The notes beneath the pieces are model-generated. The model saw nothing but the letters and a program-made list of their open reading frames with translations, did no database searches and was not told where the DNA came from. Below are positions 53,013 through 62,227 of a stretch of DNA of 64,000 bases, piece by piece. The stretch's first letter is position 1; the number at the start of each line of letters is the position of its first letter. The translations under genes were made by a program, and so were the position numbers. This DNA is from Candidatus Nealsonbacteria bacterium (GTDB lineage Bacteria > Patescibacteriota > Minisyncoccia > Minisyncoccales > RBG-13-42-11): NCBI GenBank assembly GCA_026396115.1, contig JAPLXL010000001.1:2761-66760 (forward strand), written 5' to 3'.

Positions 53013-54767
53013 TTTTTTTAAAAGACCATCGATTAAATTTCTATTTTTCTCTTCCATATTTTGATTTTTAATTATTCCATCTACTAATTTTACTATTTGG
53101 TTGTGAATATCAACCTCTTTTTTATTACCCCAACTTACTAATCTGAGAGGTGCTTCTTCTATCGCACTTTGGCTATACTGTATTCTATCTCCTCTGTGCG
53201 GCCCCTTTGTTCTATACCAAATATTGAACCAAGTAGAATTAAGATAACCTAAAATATATTTTAAATTTTCTTTTACAATTACATCTTTATTTCTCACTAA
53301 TACCGCACAATCACTACCACCATAGTATGGTTTATCCGTAAAAGCAAATCTACTTATTTTCGCCCTATCTAAGACAGGCACAAATATTTTTTCATCTCTC
53401 ATTGATTGTTTAAATAAGCCTATATTACGAGGAGTCGCATGATGAAACCACAATACTTTCTCGTATCTTTTTTTCGCTCTTTCTTTATAAGGAAGGAGTT
53501 TTTTATAAATATTGGGGCATAATTTTTTTAACGTTTTTTCATTTTCAATACTATCTATCCATATAAAATATGAAGGGTTCTCGACAAAATATCTTCTTAT
53601 ATTTGTTGCTTTAACTATAGGGATAGTATATTTTAATTCAATTCTTGAGAGTTTGGGTAGTTCTTCATTCGTAAGATGAAATGCTTCATCAAATCCAGTT
53701 ACTGTTCCTACCCCAATTTTGAAGATGTGTTTTAGTCTTAAATAATTACTTTCTAAAATATCTTTTGGATTTCGCTTTAGCACATAATAGTCTGAACTAC
53801 CCAATTTTATAGAATTCACATCCTCCTCTCTGGTGTTTAAAAGTTTAAAATCTTTTTTATCAAATAGATTTATAATGGGAATTGTTCCCAAGTTCTTTGT
53901 ATTTACAAAGGGAATGTTTTTTCTGCATGCTTTTTCTATTTTATCAATGACTTCTTTCTTTTGAGGAGAAACTAATCCCCACATAAGAGAATTAGGGAAT
54001 TGTGGAGTCCAAAAACATTCATAACCATCCTCCATTAAAAAATCTTTCGAATCTAATAATTTAAGATAATTACTGATATTTTTTAATATTTCTTGAGGTC
54101 CTCCAACTCTTTTTTTATACTCCACTACCTTTATTGATTTTCTGAAACCAGCAGAAGTTCCTCCTGATTTAATATATTTTAAAATTATATTGTTCGGGTA
54201 AGCGTCTTTAAATAATTTTAATTCACCGAAATGAACGATAATTTCAAAAAATCCATAATTAGTTAAATAATGTCTTAATTTACTGGCATGAGTTGAATTA
54301 AACCAGAAATAGGGAACAATAAATATAAGCTCTCCTCCTATTTTCAATTTTTCAACTGACCATATAATAAATGGGTAAAGAAGGTCTGCCTCGCCATTTA
54401 ATAAATCCTTCCAAAAAGAGTCCCTTTCTAAAAATTTTCTCGTTTCGGATTTAATATTATTCCAATGGACATAGGGAGGATTTCCTATTATTAAATCAAA
54501 TTTTTCATTCCTACTTGTTTTTAAAAAGTCCTGCAATTGTATAGAGACGCCATCTACTTTTTTGGCTAATTTTGGATCAATTTCATAAGACTTTATATTT
54601 CGGAACCCTTTTTCTAATAGAGATTTTATAAATACTCCTTCACCTGCACATGGTTCTAATATTAAAGAACCTTTCTTTTTAGAAATTAGATTTACCATAA
54701 AGTCTGCCACCTCTTTAGAGGTAAAGTATTGCCCCAACATAATCTTTTTATTCATCAATTTCACCAT
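53001..54767 (-). CDS. N6-adenine DNA methyltransferase (gamma class, Eco57I/TaqI-like) with C-terminal target-recognition domain
   Basis: Motif I LEPCAGEGVF and motif IV GNPPYV. Confidence 0.85.
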   Translation of the reverse strand: MVKLMNKKIMLGQYFTSKEVADFMVNLISKKKGSLILEPCAGEGVFIKSLLEKGFRNIKSYEIDPKLAKKVDGVSIQLQDFLKTSRNEKFDLIIGNPPYVHWNNIKSETRKFLERDSFWKDLLNGEADLLYPFIIWSVEKLKIGGELIFIVPYFWFNSTHASKLRHYLTNYGFFEIIVHFGELKLFKDAYPNNIILKYIKSGGTSAGFRKSIKVVEYKKRVGGPQEILKNISNYLKLLDSKDFLMEDGYECFWTPQFPNSLMWGLVSPQKKEVIDKIEKACRKNIPFVNTKNLGTIPIINLFDKKDFKLLNTREEDVNSIKLGSSDYYVLKRNPKDILESNYLRLKHIFKIGVGTVTGFDEAFHLTNEELPKLSRIELKYTIPIVKATNIRRYFVENPSYFIWIDSIENEKTLKKLCPNIYKKLLPYKERAKKRYEKVLWFHHATPRNIGLFKQSMRDEKIFVPVLDRAKISRFAFTDKPYYGGSDCAVLVRNKDVIVKENLKYILGYLNSTWFNIWYRTKGPHRGDRIQYSQSAIEEAPLRLVSWGNKKEVDIHNQIVKLVDGIIKNQNMEEKNRNLIDGLLKKLFF

Positions 54768-54795
54768 AGCTTGTTCGCTAAAGGATTTATATAAA

Positions 54796-55038
54796 TTATT
54801 TTTTCCATTTAGTTAAACCCCACACACCTTCTCCTAATGGATAAAATCTTATTTCTTTTTTTTGTTTCTTACGCCTCTTATTTTCTAAACTCATATCAAC
54901 ACGAAGAGTTGCTTCCGGAGTCTTTCCTTTTGTAATTATTAGCCCCTTTTTTATAGCTATTTCTATAATATCTTTAACGTGTAATGGTTTTTTATAATCC
55001 TTTAAAATTTTATATGCAGCCTCTGTTTTACTAAGCAT
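54796..55038 (-). CDS. HARE-HTH-like small winged-helix protein
   Basis: MLSKTEAAYKILKDYKKPLHVKDIIEIAIKKGLI...GEGVWGLTKW, upstream of the methyltransferase. Confidence 0.6.
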   Translation of the reverse strand: MLSKTEAAYKILKDYKKPLHVKDIIEIAIKKGLIITKGKTPEATLRVDMSLENKRRKKQKKEIRFYPLGEGVWGLTKWKK

Positions 55039-55102
55039 ACTTTATTAACTATATTTTTATTTATGATAAATTTTAGCCGACCCTTTATCTATATTATATT
55101 TC

Positions 55103-55131
55103 AGTCAACTATAAGTCAACCAAAAGTCAAC
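55103..55131. repeat. Three helically phased AGTCAAC repeats (11-bp period), candidate operator
   Basis: AGTCAAC at 55103, 55114 and 55125, lying 65-95 nt upstream of the HARE-HTH/methyltransferase operon. Confidence 0.7.
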
Positions 55132-55244
55132 CATCATTATTTTAGATAACATTGTTTCTTTTTCTTGATGTTCCTAATGCCCTTTGAAAATGCACCATAT
55201 CTTCAAGATTGAGCAACTTCGAATAGTTTCCGTTAGCTGAACCA

Positions 55245-55275
55245 ACAAAAAAGCCCGTCGCCGGGCAGTTTTTAT
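55245..55275 (-). terminator. Intrinsic terminator after the 411-aa gene
   Basis: The minus strand reads GCCCGG-CGAC-GGGC with a T6 tail (hairpin at 55253-55266). Confidence 0.7.
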
Positions 55276-55302
55276 TTTAGTTAAACTGACACTTAATCAC
55301 TA

Positions 55303-56538
55303 TTATTTAAATTCTTTAGGTGAAGTTGGGTATTCTTTTTCTTGACCAAACATTTTCTCACTCCTAAATAGTTTTTTACACAATTCTATTGTCTTATTTT
55401 CAAAATCATCAACTTTATAGTCCTTAGGTTCGCTGTAAATACAAAAATCAAAAGAAACCATTTTATGGTTTATAGGCTCACTTGCTATGCCTAAAGCTTC
55501 TTTTACTCTTGCGATTTTCCTGGTGCATGCAGTGAGGGTAAACAACCTTTCTCTCCTTTTGTTTTTTTCCTCGGGAGTATACAAAAAGAGAAATGCAATT
55601 TCTGGCCTATGAGGAAAGATAAACATTCTGTAAGCTGGTTTATTGGTTTTGGCCGCCTTTATTGCTTTTCCAATAGCTGCTTTGGCTAACATTCTCCTTT
55701 CTAATCTTCGTAATCTACCCAAAATAGTTGCCACCTTAATATATAGTTGATCCTTAGAGGTATGGGTTTTTTCAATAATGTCATCTATATAATAGCTAAT
55801 CCTATCTGCTCCTACTCTTTCTGCTACTTGGTTTGCATATTTGCCTTTTTTATATTCCTCCCAAAACCCAATCAATGTTACCATATCTGCTTTCTCTTGA
55901 TCAGGAATTGGTTTAAAATGGCGTTCATGAATCCGATAATAGGCGACCAGTTCGCTTTCATCAGTCATATTAAACTTCATATCTTTTGTTATTTTTTCTC
56001 TTTGTTCAAGATATTCAAAGAAATCGGTTGGTGTATCAAACTCATTAACGACATACATGAAATCATTTAAATCAAAAATCTGAGGTGTAAATCCATAATC
56101 AAATATTTTAGGATTTATATCCTTAGCCTCCCTTGCAGAAACAATAGGCATAATATCCTGTTCTAAAACAACAAGATAAAACACTCTTTTAATATTATTT
56201 TTATCAAATTCGAAAGACCCCCTACGATTATTACTTAAGAAAATTCTATGGTTGCTAAATAAGATGCTTTTTGAAAATTTCAACTGTCTTATGCAATCGA
56301 GAGTTGTTTTCCTAATATAGGTGTTGATATTCCCGCTCTTTGGGAATGATTTTGTCCTACATTGCACAACCACCAGAGCATCGTCGAATAAGATAAGGAG
56401 GTCGCATATTTCTCTCTCATACCTACCTTCACGCACCTTAGGATTATCAAAAATAAAATCCTCAAAAAAAGTCTTTTTTAAAAAAGACTTAGTTTTTTGT
56501 TCTGCTAATTTCCCTTTGTTTATTTCGGGCGTAATCAT
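55303..56538 (-). CDS. Hypothetical protein with N-terminal NERD/PD-(D/E)xK-like nuclease region (candidate defence gene)
   Basis: KGKLAEQKTKSFL...EREICDLLILFDDALVVVQCRTKS resembles the NERD layout. The C-terminal ~250 aa are unrecognised. Confidence 0.4.
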   Translation of the reverse strand: MITPEINKGKLAEQKTKSFLKKTFFEDFIFDNPKVREGRYEREICDLLILFDDALVVVQCRTKSFPKSGNINTYIRKTTLDCIRQLKFSKSILFSNHRIFLSNNRRGSFEFDKNNIKRVFYLVVLEQDIMPIVSAREAKDINPKIFDYGFTPQIFDLNDFMYVVNEFDTPTDFFEYLEQREKITKDMKFNMTDESELVAYYRIHERHFKPIPDQEKADMVTLIGFWEEYKKGKYANQVAERVGADRISYYIDDIIEKTHTSKDQLYIKVATILGRLRRLERRMLAKAAIGKAIKAAKTNKPAYRMFIFPHRPEIAFLFLYTPEEKNKRRERLFTLTACTRKIARVKEALGIASEPINHKMVSFDFCIYSEPKDYKVDDFENKTIELCKKLFRSEKMFGQEKEYPTSPKEFK

Positions 56539-56558
56539 TATAAAAGATTGTTTTATAA

Positions 56559-56888
56559 CTATTTACTAAAAATCCACTTGTATCTTTTTAATTTATTAAG
56601 ATATATTAACTCAGTTTCTAATTTACTAAGTTTATTTTCGTATTCTTTCTTTAAATCTGCGTTTGCTTTTTCTCTTATACCAGAAAAAGCCAAACCTCTT
56701 TCGGCCATTTCGTTATCTAATTCCTCCTTTCGTTTTGGATACCATCTTTTTACCTCTTCAATTTCTAATTCTTTCAATTTTATTTCCTTATCAATTTTAA
56801 ATCCTTTTAATTTTCTATTTTCCGCATAAAGACAAATACCCCATAGTCCAAGAACAACATTAAGAATTTTTGATAAAGTATCCCACAT
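56559..56888 (-). CDS. Small membrane plus coiled-coil protein
   Basis: 109 aa with an N-terminal TM segment (VVLGLWGICLYA) and then charged helices. Confidence 0.45.
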   Translation of the reverse strand: MWDTLSKILNVVLGLWGICLYAENRKLKGFKIDKEIKLKELEIEEVKRWYPKRKEELDNEMAERGLAFSGIREKANADLKKEYENKLSKLETELIYLNKLKRYKWIFSK

Positions 56889-56987
56889 ATTTTTGAGCTA
56901 ATTGTTATCTTTATTAAATTTTCACTTCTAATTTAAACTCGGGATAATTATTAGGACATTGTCCATAACTTCTCAAAGATATGGACA

Positions 56988-57452
56988 CTATTCCAAAACT
57001 TTTCTGACATCCGTCTTGCTCGTAATTTTGAAGTATGTCTTATTGTGGTCAAAATATCTTGAGTATCCTTTTAGGCTTCTTCTTCCATTTACCCCCAACC
57101 AAAGACTTTTTCGGTGAGGTTCTATCGTGTATGGGCATTGGTTAGAGCCAGTCCAATAAACCAATCTTCTTTTAGTATATTCTTCATGGATGGTTGGATT
57201 GGTGTTCTTTAAATATTGCCTTAATTTCTGAAATTTTCCTTTAAGGTCTTCGTCCAATACCTTATTTTGAAGAGAGGTAAGCGTATATTTCCTCTTTAGT
57301 TTATGCCTATTTCTTGATTTCGGTGTGCCGTCTTCATTCAAGAAGTTCTGGTAGGTGTTGGCTTTTCTATTGATTTCTTCTCTCGGAAGGACGCTGGTGC
57401 TTACGAATATGCTGAACTTGTCCGTGTCTGTTGTATTGTGGCGACAGTCCAT
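56988..57452 (-). CDS. Basic hypothetical protein at the right end of the element
   Basis: 154-aa ORF. Its annotated ATG lies across the junction in core/host sequence, so the true start is uncertain. Confidence 0.35.
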   Translation of the reverse strand: MDCRHNTTDTDKFSIFVSTSVLPREEINRKANTYQNFLNEDGTPKSRNRHKLKRKYTLTSLQNKVLDEDLKGKFQKLRQYLKNTNPTIHEEYTKRRLVYWTGSNQCPYTIEPHRKSLWLGVNGRRSLKGYSRYFDHNKTYFKITSKTDVRKVLE

Positions 57453-58165
57453 TCCTCCTCCGAGTCCGGTCCTTCGGGAGAAGGAAGAATTTCGTTAATC
57501 ACAACGCCTGTAGGATAAGTTTGTTGAAGTCTGACTTCAACAGTAGGTTCTTCCACAGCAGTTTTTTCAGATTCGGGTTTAGGTTGCGGTTCTGCTTGGA
57601 CGACAATACTATTTTTAGCTTTTGGCGTGCCTCCGGCATTTTGGCTCGTTTGCCAATTATTGGGGTCAGAGCCTTCAAACTGAGGGTTTTTTCTTTCCAT
57701 TATTTGTTTGGTTGAGTTGTCGCCGGCAGACCAGCCACTGGAATCATCTACTCTGTCTATCAAATTGCCAAAATTATCATAAAGTTCTAATGTTTCGCCG
57801 CTATTTCCCAAAGCGCCGGTATAAATCTGGTCAGCCGGAACGTTCGGGACCGTAGTGTCATCCGTTCTTTCTAATAAATAAAAACCATTAGCAGGAATTG
57901 TTCCAGATAAGTTGATTTTTGGCGTTCCGTCTTGGCTAACCAACTGCCAGTTATCAAGATTTATGGGGCTTTCAGTATTGTTATATAACTCTATCCATTC
58001 ATCATTCGCCGAAATATTTGTTCCCATCCAGGCCAGTTCGTTAATGACGACATCCAAAGGGTTAACGGCCTGCGCAGCAAACGCAATAAAAAAAAGAGAT
58101 AAAAAAACTACAACTTTTAACCCCTGTACTAAATATTTAACGCGGGGGCTTGACAAAATTGTCAT
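57448..58165 (-). pseudogene. N-terminal fragment of the split LTD membrane protein
   Basis: A signal/TM segment, one complete LTD (VVINELAWMGTNISANDEWIELYNN...) and the start of a second (VVINEILPSPEGPDSEEEW), broken at the junction. Confidence 0.8.
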
Positions 58166-58317
58166 AATCTGTTAGAATTTATTCGTTAGGAAATAGCTCT
58201 TGGGCTGGGGGGATGGAATCTTTTCTTGATGGATAATCTGGCTTAGGCGAGATTACTCCTCAGAAAGACTCTAAACTTTAGTCCCTAGTACTCTAGTCCC
58301 CCAGCCCCAGGGCTATT

Positions 58318-59625
58318 TTATTCTCCGGTTACTCTCTCCACTTCTTCAATAGTTGTTAATCCTTCCAAGACCTTAATTAACCCGTCTTGGTACATCGGAA
58401 TCATTCCTTTTTCAGTCGCCTTTTCTCTAAAGGCAGCTGTCGATGGATTTTTTAAAATAAATTTTTCCATTTCATCATCAACTAAAAAGACCTCAAAAAT
58501 TCCTAATCTCCCTCGATAACCAGTAAAATTACAATCCTTGCAACCTTTAGCTTTTGGAATTTTTAACCCTGCCCTTAATTCAGGAACTTTGATATCTTTT
58601 GGAATTCCCCTAAGTTCTTTTTTTATCTTTTCTAAAATTGATGACGGGGATTTTTCCATTTTTGAACACTCTTTACAAACCTTTCTGACTAACCTTTGAG
58701 CAATAGCTATATTGATAGCTGGAGCAATATTAATTGGTTTTTCTCCTAAGGCCTGCAATCTGGCTATCGTACCAGCAGCATCGTTGGTGTGTAATGTGGT
58801 TAAAACCAAATGGCCAGTTAAAGCAGATTGTAGGGCTATGGAAGCTGTCTCTAAATCTCTAATCTCTCCTACCAAAATTACATCTGGATCTTGGCGCATA
58901 ATTGATTTTAAGCCGTTAGCAAAATCATATCCGGCTCCGGGATCAACTTGAGTTTGGGATATTCCTTCTAGATGATATTCAATCGGGTCTTCAATGGTGA
59001 TAATTTTAATTTCTGGCTTATCAATCTTTTTTAAAAAAGCATAAAGCGTTGTAGTTTTTCCAGAACCCGTGGGGCCGGTAACTATAATCATTCCATTTGG
59101 TTTTTTAATTTCTCTTTCAAATATTTCAACTAAATCTTTTCTTAAACCCAGAGTCTCAATCTCAATTAAACTTTTCGGATTTAAAAGCCTTAGAACAATC
59201 GTTTCCCCATATTCAGCCGGTAAAGTAGAAGTTCTGATCTCAATCGGCAGTTCTTCTATTAAAACAGAAAAACGGCCATCTTGAGGCCGGTCAGTGATAT
59301 TTAATTTAAGCCCGGAAAGAAGTTTAATTCTGGAAAGTAAAGTCTCATATATTTTTTTCTCATGGTTAAGAACATCTAATAAAATTCCGTCAATTCTTAC
59401 TCGAATCTTAACCATTTCTTCTTCAGGTTCAATATGAATATCGGAAGCCGAAAGGGCAATTGCTCCACCTAAAATTATCTCTAAAATCTCAGTGGCGCTT
59501 TTAGTTAAAGTCTTTTCAATTTCTTTCTTTAAATCAGAAATATTTTTTATTTCTTTTTTAAAAAGGTTAAATTTTTTTTGAGAAATGACTATCTCACCAA
59601 CAATTTTTTTTGAAATTTCTGGCAT
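58318..59625 (-). CDS. GspE/PilB-family type II/IV secretion ATPase
   Basis: Walker A GPTGSGKTTT, the Asp box, Walker B and the tetracysteine motif CKECSK...CKDCNFTG. Confidence 0.9.
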   Translation of the reverse strand: MPEISKKIVGEIVISQKKFNLFKKEIKNISDLKKEIEKTLTKSATEILEIILGGAIALSASDIHIEPEEEMVKIRVRIDGILLDVLNHEKKIYETLLSRIKLLSGLKLNITDRPQDGRFSVLIEELPIEIRTSTLPAEYGETIVLRLLNPKSLIEIETLGLRKDLVEIFEREIKKPNGMIIVTGPTGSGKTTTLYAFLKKIDKPEIKIITIEDPIEYHLEGISQTQVDPGAGYDFANGLKSIMRQDPDVILVGEIRDLETASIALQSALTGHLVLTTLHTNDAAGTIARLQALGEKPINIAPAINIAIAQRLVRKVCKECSKMEKSPSSILEKIKKELRGIPKDIKVPELRAGLKIPKAKGCKDCNFTGYRGRLGIFEVFLVDDEMEKFILKNPSTAAFREKATEKGMIPMYQDGLIKVLEGLTTIEEVERVTGE

Positions 59626-59646
59626 GAAAGGTTAAAATTAAATTAG

Positions 59647-59794
59647 TTACCGAGCTTCCATTTATGGAAGCGAAGTCGAAGAAGATTCCTTCTTCTCCAC
59701 CTCAGCTGAAGCTTCGGTAGGTGAAGAAGAGTGCGAAGAAAAGTTTTTCTTCTTTCGTCTCGTCTTTGACTCGACGGTCGAAGTTCTCTTCGCC
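59647..59794 (-). repeat. Family-1 mini-element, longest composite copy, 21 nt upstream of the pilB-like start
   Basis: It contains the 61-nt block identical to 19661-19721 plus a block that is the reverse complement of 32698-32770. Confidence 0.9.
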
Positions 59795-59883
59795 TAGTTA
59801 AAATTAGCTCAAATTTAGCGAAAAGTCAATAAGTCCCGTTAGAAATTTTGTAATTCAAAAAGATTTTTACCGGAAGTTAAAAT

Positions 59884-60378
59884 ATGAAAAAGATAATGGA
59901 AACTTCTAGGAGAGCGGAAATCTATCTAACAAAAAGCTCCGCCCAAACTAAAAAACTTGGAGAATTTTTTGCCAAGAACATTTTGAAACGCAGTCCTACA
60001 AAAAAGGTAATTGTTTTGGGTTTGATAGGAGATTTAGGAGGAGGGAAGACGACATTTTTGCAGGGCTTTGCCAAAGGTTTAGGAATAAAAGAAAAGATAT
60101 TAAGCCCCACTTTTATTATTATGCGAAGGTTTAGAATTTGTGCAAATTCGCGTAAATTCGCGGACTTCTACCACATCGATTGTTATCGAATTAAAAGACC
60201 GGAAGAAATTTTGGAATTAGGTTTCAAAGAAATTATTTCTAATTCTAAAAATCTGGTGGCTGTTGAATGGGCTGGCCGAATTAAAAAAATATTACCTAAA
60301 AATGTCCTCATTCTGAAATTTGAATTTATTAATAGGAACACAAGAAAAATTGTGTTAAAATTAATCAATGGAAAATGA
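59884..60378 (+). CDS. tsaE: tRNA t6A37 biosynthesis ATPase TsaE
   Basis: LIGDLGGGKTTFLQGFAKGLGI...SPTFIIM...HIDCYR. Confidence 0.85.
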   Translation: MKKIMETSRRAEIYLTKSSAQTKKLGEFFAKNILKRSPTKKVIVLGLIGDLGGGKTTFLQGFAKGLGIKEKILSPTFIIMRRFRICANSRKFADFYHIDCYRIKRPEEILELGFKEIISNSKNLVAVEWAGRIKKILPKNVLILKFEFINRNTRKIVLKLINGK

Positions 60379-61315
60379 AAAGAAACGTTTGCTTATTATT
60401 GACAGCAATTCAATTATCCACCGAGCTTATCATGCTTTGCCAAGATTGACGACAAAAAAGGGAGAACTGGTAAATGCTGTCTATGGGTTTTTACTGGTTT
60501 TTTTGAAAGCAATCAAAGATTTCCAGCCAGATTATATTGCCGCTGCCTTTGATTTTCCGGCTCCAACTTTCAGGCATGAAAAATACAAGGAATACAAAGC
60601 AAAAAGGCCAAAAGTCCCGGAGGAACTATATCAGCAAATTCCAAAAGTGAAAGAGGTTTTGGAGGCGTTTAATGTGCCGATTTTTGAAAAAGAAAGATTT
60701 GAAGCAGATGATATTATCGGAACCGTCTCTCGATTAGTCTTGAAAAAAGAGACAATGCCACAAATTGAAAACATTATTTTGTCCGGGGATGCCGATCTTT
60801 TCCAATTGGTGAACCCAGACACCAAAGTTTATTTTTTAAAAAAAGGAATTAAAAATACTATTCTTTATGATGAAGAGCTAGTAAAAGAAAAATATCAAGG
60901 ATTAAATCTAGAAGAATTAGTTAATTTTAAAGCCCTGAAAGGCGATCCTTCAGATAACATCCCGGGTGTTTTTGGAATTGGCGAGAAAATAGCAATGCGA
61001 TTAATCAAAAAATTTGGAAGCTTAGAAAATATATACAAAGAGCTTGAAGAAAATTCTGAGAAAGTAAAAAGCATTAAACCAAAACTAAAAGAAATTCTCT
61101 TAAAATACAAAGAACAGGCCTTTCTTTCCAAATTCTTGGCTCAAATTAATAAAAACATTCCCTTGGATTTCAATTTGGGAAAATGCCGCTGGAGTAAATA
61201 TAGCAAAGAAAACGCAACCAAGATTCTAAAAAATTTAGAATTTAATAGCCTAATAGTCCGCCTGCCAGAGATTCTAACTCATCAATCAAAGAGTGAAAAC
61301 TTAAAGCTTTTTTAG
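60368..61315 (+). CDS. 5'-3' exonuclease / flap endonuclease (Pol I N-terminal domain-like)
   Basis: LLIIDSNSIIHRAYHALP...EADDIIGT...GDPSDNIPGV.GIGEK. Confidence 0.88.
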   Translation: MENEKKRLLIIDSNSIIHRAYHALPRLTTKKGELVNAVYGFLLVFLKAIKDFQPDYIAAAFDFPAPTFRHEKYKEYKAKRPKVPEELYQQIPKVKEVLEAFNVPIFEKERFEADDIIGTVSRLVLKKETMPQIENIILSGDADLFQLVNPDTKVYFLKKGIKNTILYDEELVKEKYQGLNLEELVNFKALKGDPSDNIPGVFGIGEKIAMRLIKKFGSLENIYKELEENSEKVKSIKPKLKEILLKYKEQAFLSKFLAQINKNIPLDFNLGKCRWSKYSKENATKILKNLEFNSLIVRLPEILTHQSKSENLKLF

Positions 61316-61391
61316 AAAAAAAGTTAGAATTATGATATGATAAAATAAAGGTCGAAAATGTTTTAAGATATTTAATTAAAAGAGAAAAAAT

Positions 61392-62189
61392 ATGGGGAAA
61401 AAGTACTTAATTTTTTTAATAATTGTAGCAATAGGAATAATTTCAGTTGCTGGATATATTTTTTTTAGGCCTCTCGCAGAAGAAATAATTGAAGACCCAA
61501 TGCTAAGGGAAATTAAAACCTTGGGCAAAATCCTTGTTGGTACTGAGGCTACCTATCCTCCAATGGAAAGTATTGATGAGGCAGGTAATTTTGTTGGAAT
61601 GGATATTGGTATTGCCCAAGAAATTGCTTTTGATATTGGAGTAGAAGCTGAGTTTAGAAATATCGTCTGGGATGAAATATTTAATACCCTTTTAAACGGG
61701 GAAGTAGATATGTTAATCTCTGCCATTACCATTACTCCCGAAAGAGCCGAAAAAATGGCTTTTTCTGATCCCTATTTTAATGCCGGGCAAATTATTGTCA
61801 CTACCCTTGATAAGGTAAATGAGATTAAGGGAACCCAAAATTTGGCTGGTAAAAAACTGGGAGTTCAAATAGAAACCACCAGCGAAATTGAGGCCCAAAA
61901 ATATACTGACCCTGACTTGGTAATACCTTTTGAGAATAACGATTTGGCAAAAGATGAACTCTTGAAAGGCGAGATTGATGCTATCATTATTGATTACCCT
62001 GCTGCTGCTGGAATGGTTTCCAGAGAAGAGACACTCAGAATAGTTGGCGAACCTTTTACTCAAGAGTTTTATGGGATAGCGGTCAGAAAGGAAGAAAAAG
62101 TGCTTTTGGAAGAAATTAACAAAACTATCAGGCGACTAAAGCGAGAAAATATAATAGAAGAAATGGAAAAGAAATGGTTGACAGAGTAG
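61392..62189 (+). CDS. Periplasmic/extracellular solute-binding protein (family 3, amino-acid type)
   Basis: LVGTEATYPPMESIDEAGNFVGMDIGIAQEIA...DMLISAITITPERAEKMAFSDPYF. Confidence 0.8.
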   Translation: MGKKYLIFLIIVAIGIISVAGYIFFRPLAEEIIEDPMLREIKTLGKILVGTEATYPPMESIDEAGNFVGMDIGIAQEIAFDIGVEAEFRNIVWDEIFNTLLNGEVDMLISAITITPERAEKMAFSDPYFNAGQIIVTTLDKVNEIKGTQNLAGKKLGVQIETTSEIEAQKYTDPDLVIPFENNDLAKDELLKGEIDAIIIDYPAAAGMVSREETLRIVGEPFTQEFYGIAVRKEEKVLLEEINKTIRRLKRENIIEEMEKKWLTE

Positions 62190-62227
62190 ATTGAGCACCG
62201 GAAAGAATTTTTAATTAAAACAAAAAG

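Larger units (their letters stand above)
44868..57454. mobile_element. Integrated ~12.6-kb element with a large serine recombinase, inserted in-frame-restorably in an LTD gene; 7-bp TCCATTC at both junctions
   Basis: TCCATTC occurs at 44868-44874 and 57448-57454. Joining 44874 to 57455 restores ...PEGPDSEEEWIEIFNQNN... in a single 421-aa ORF. The recombinase gene sits at the left end. Confidence 0.85.

Noticed and set aside
60141-60165. Tandem AAATTCGCG duplication inside tsaE (encoding ..CANSRKFADF..)
   Set aside because: It is a single short in-frame duplication with no further copies noticed, and is likely a trivial slippage event.
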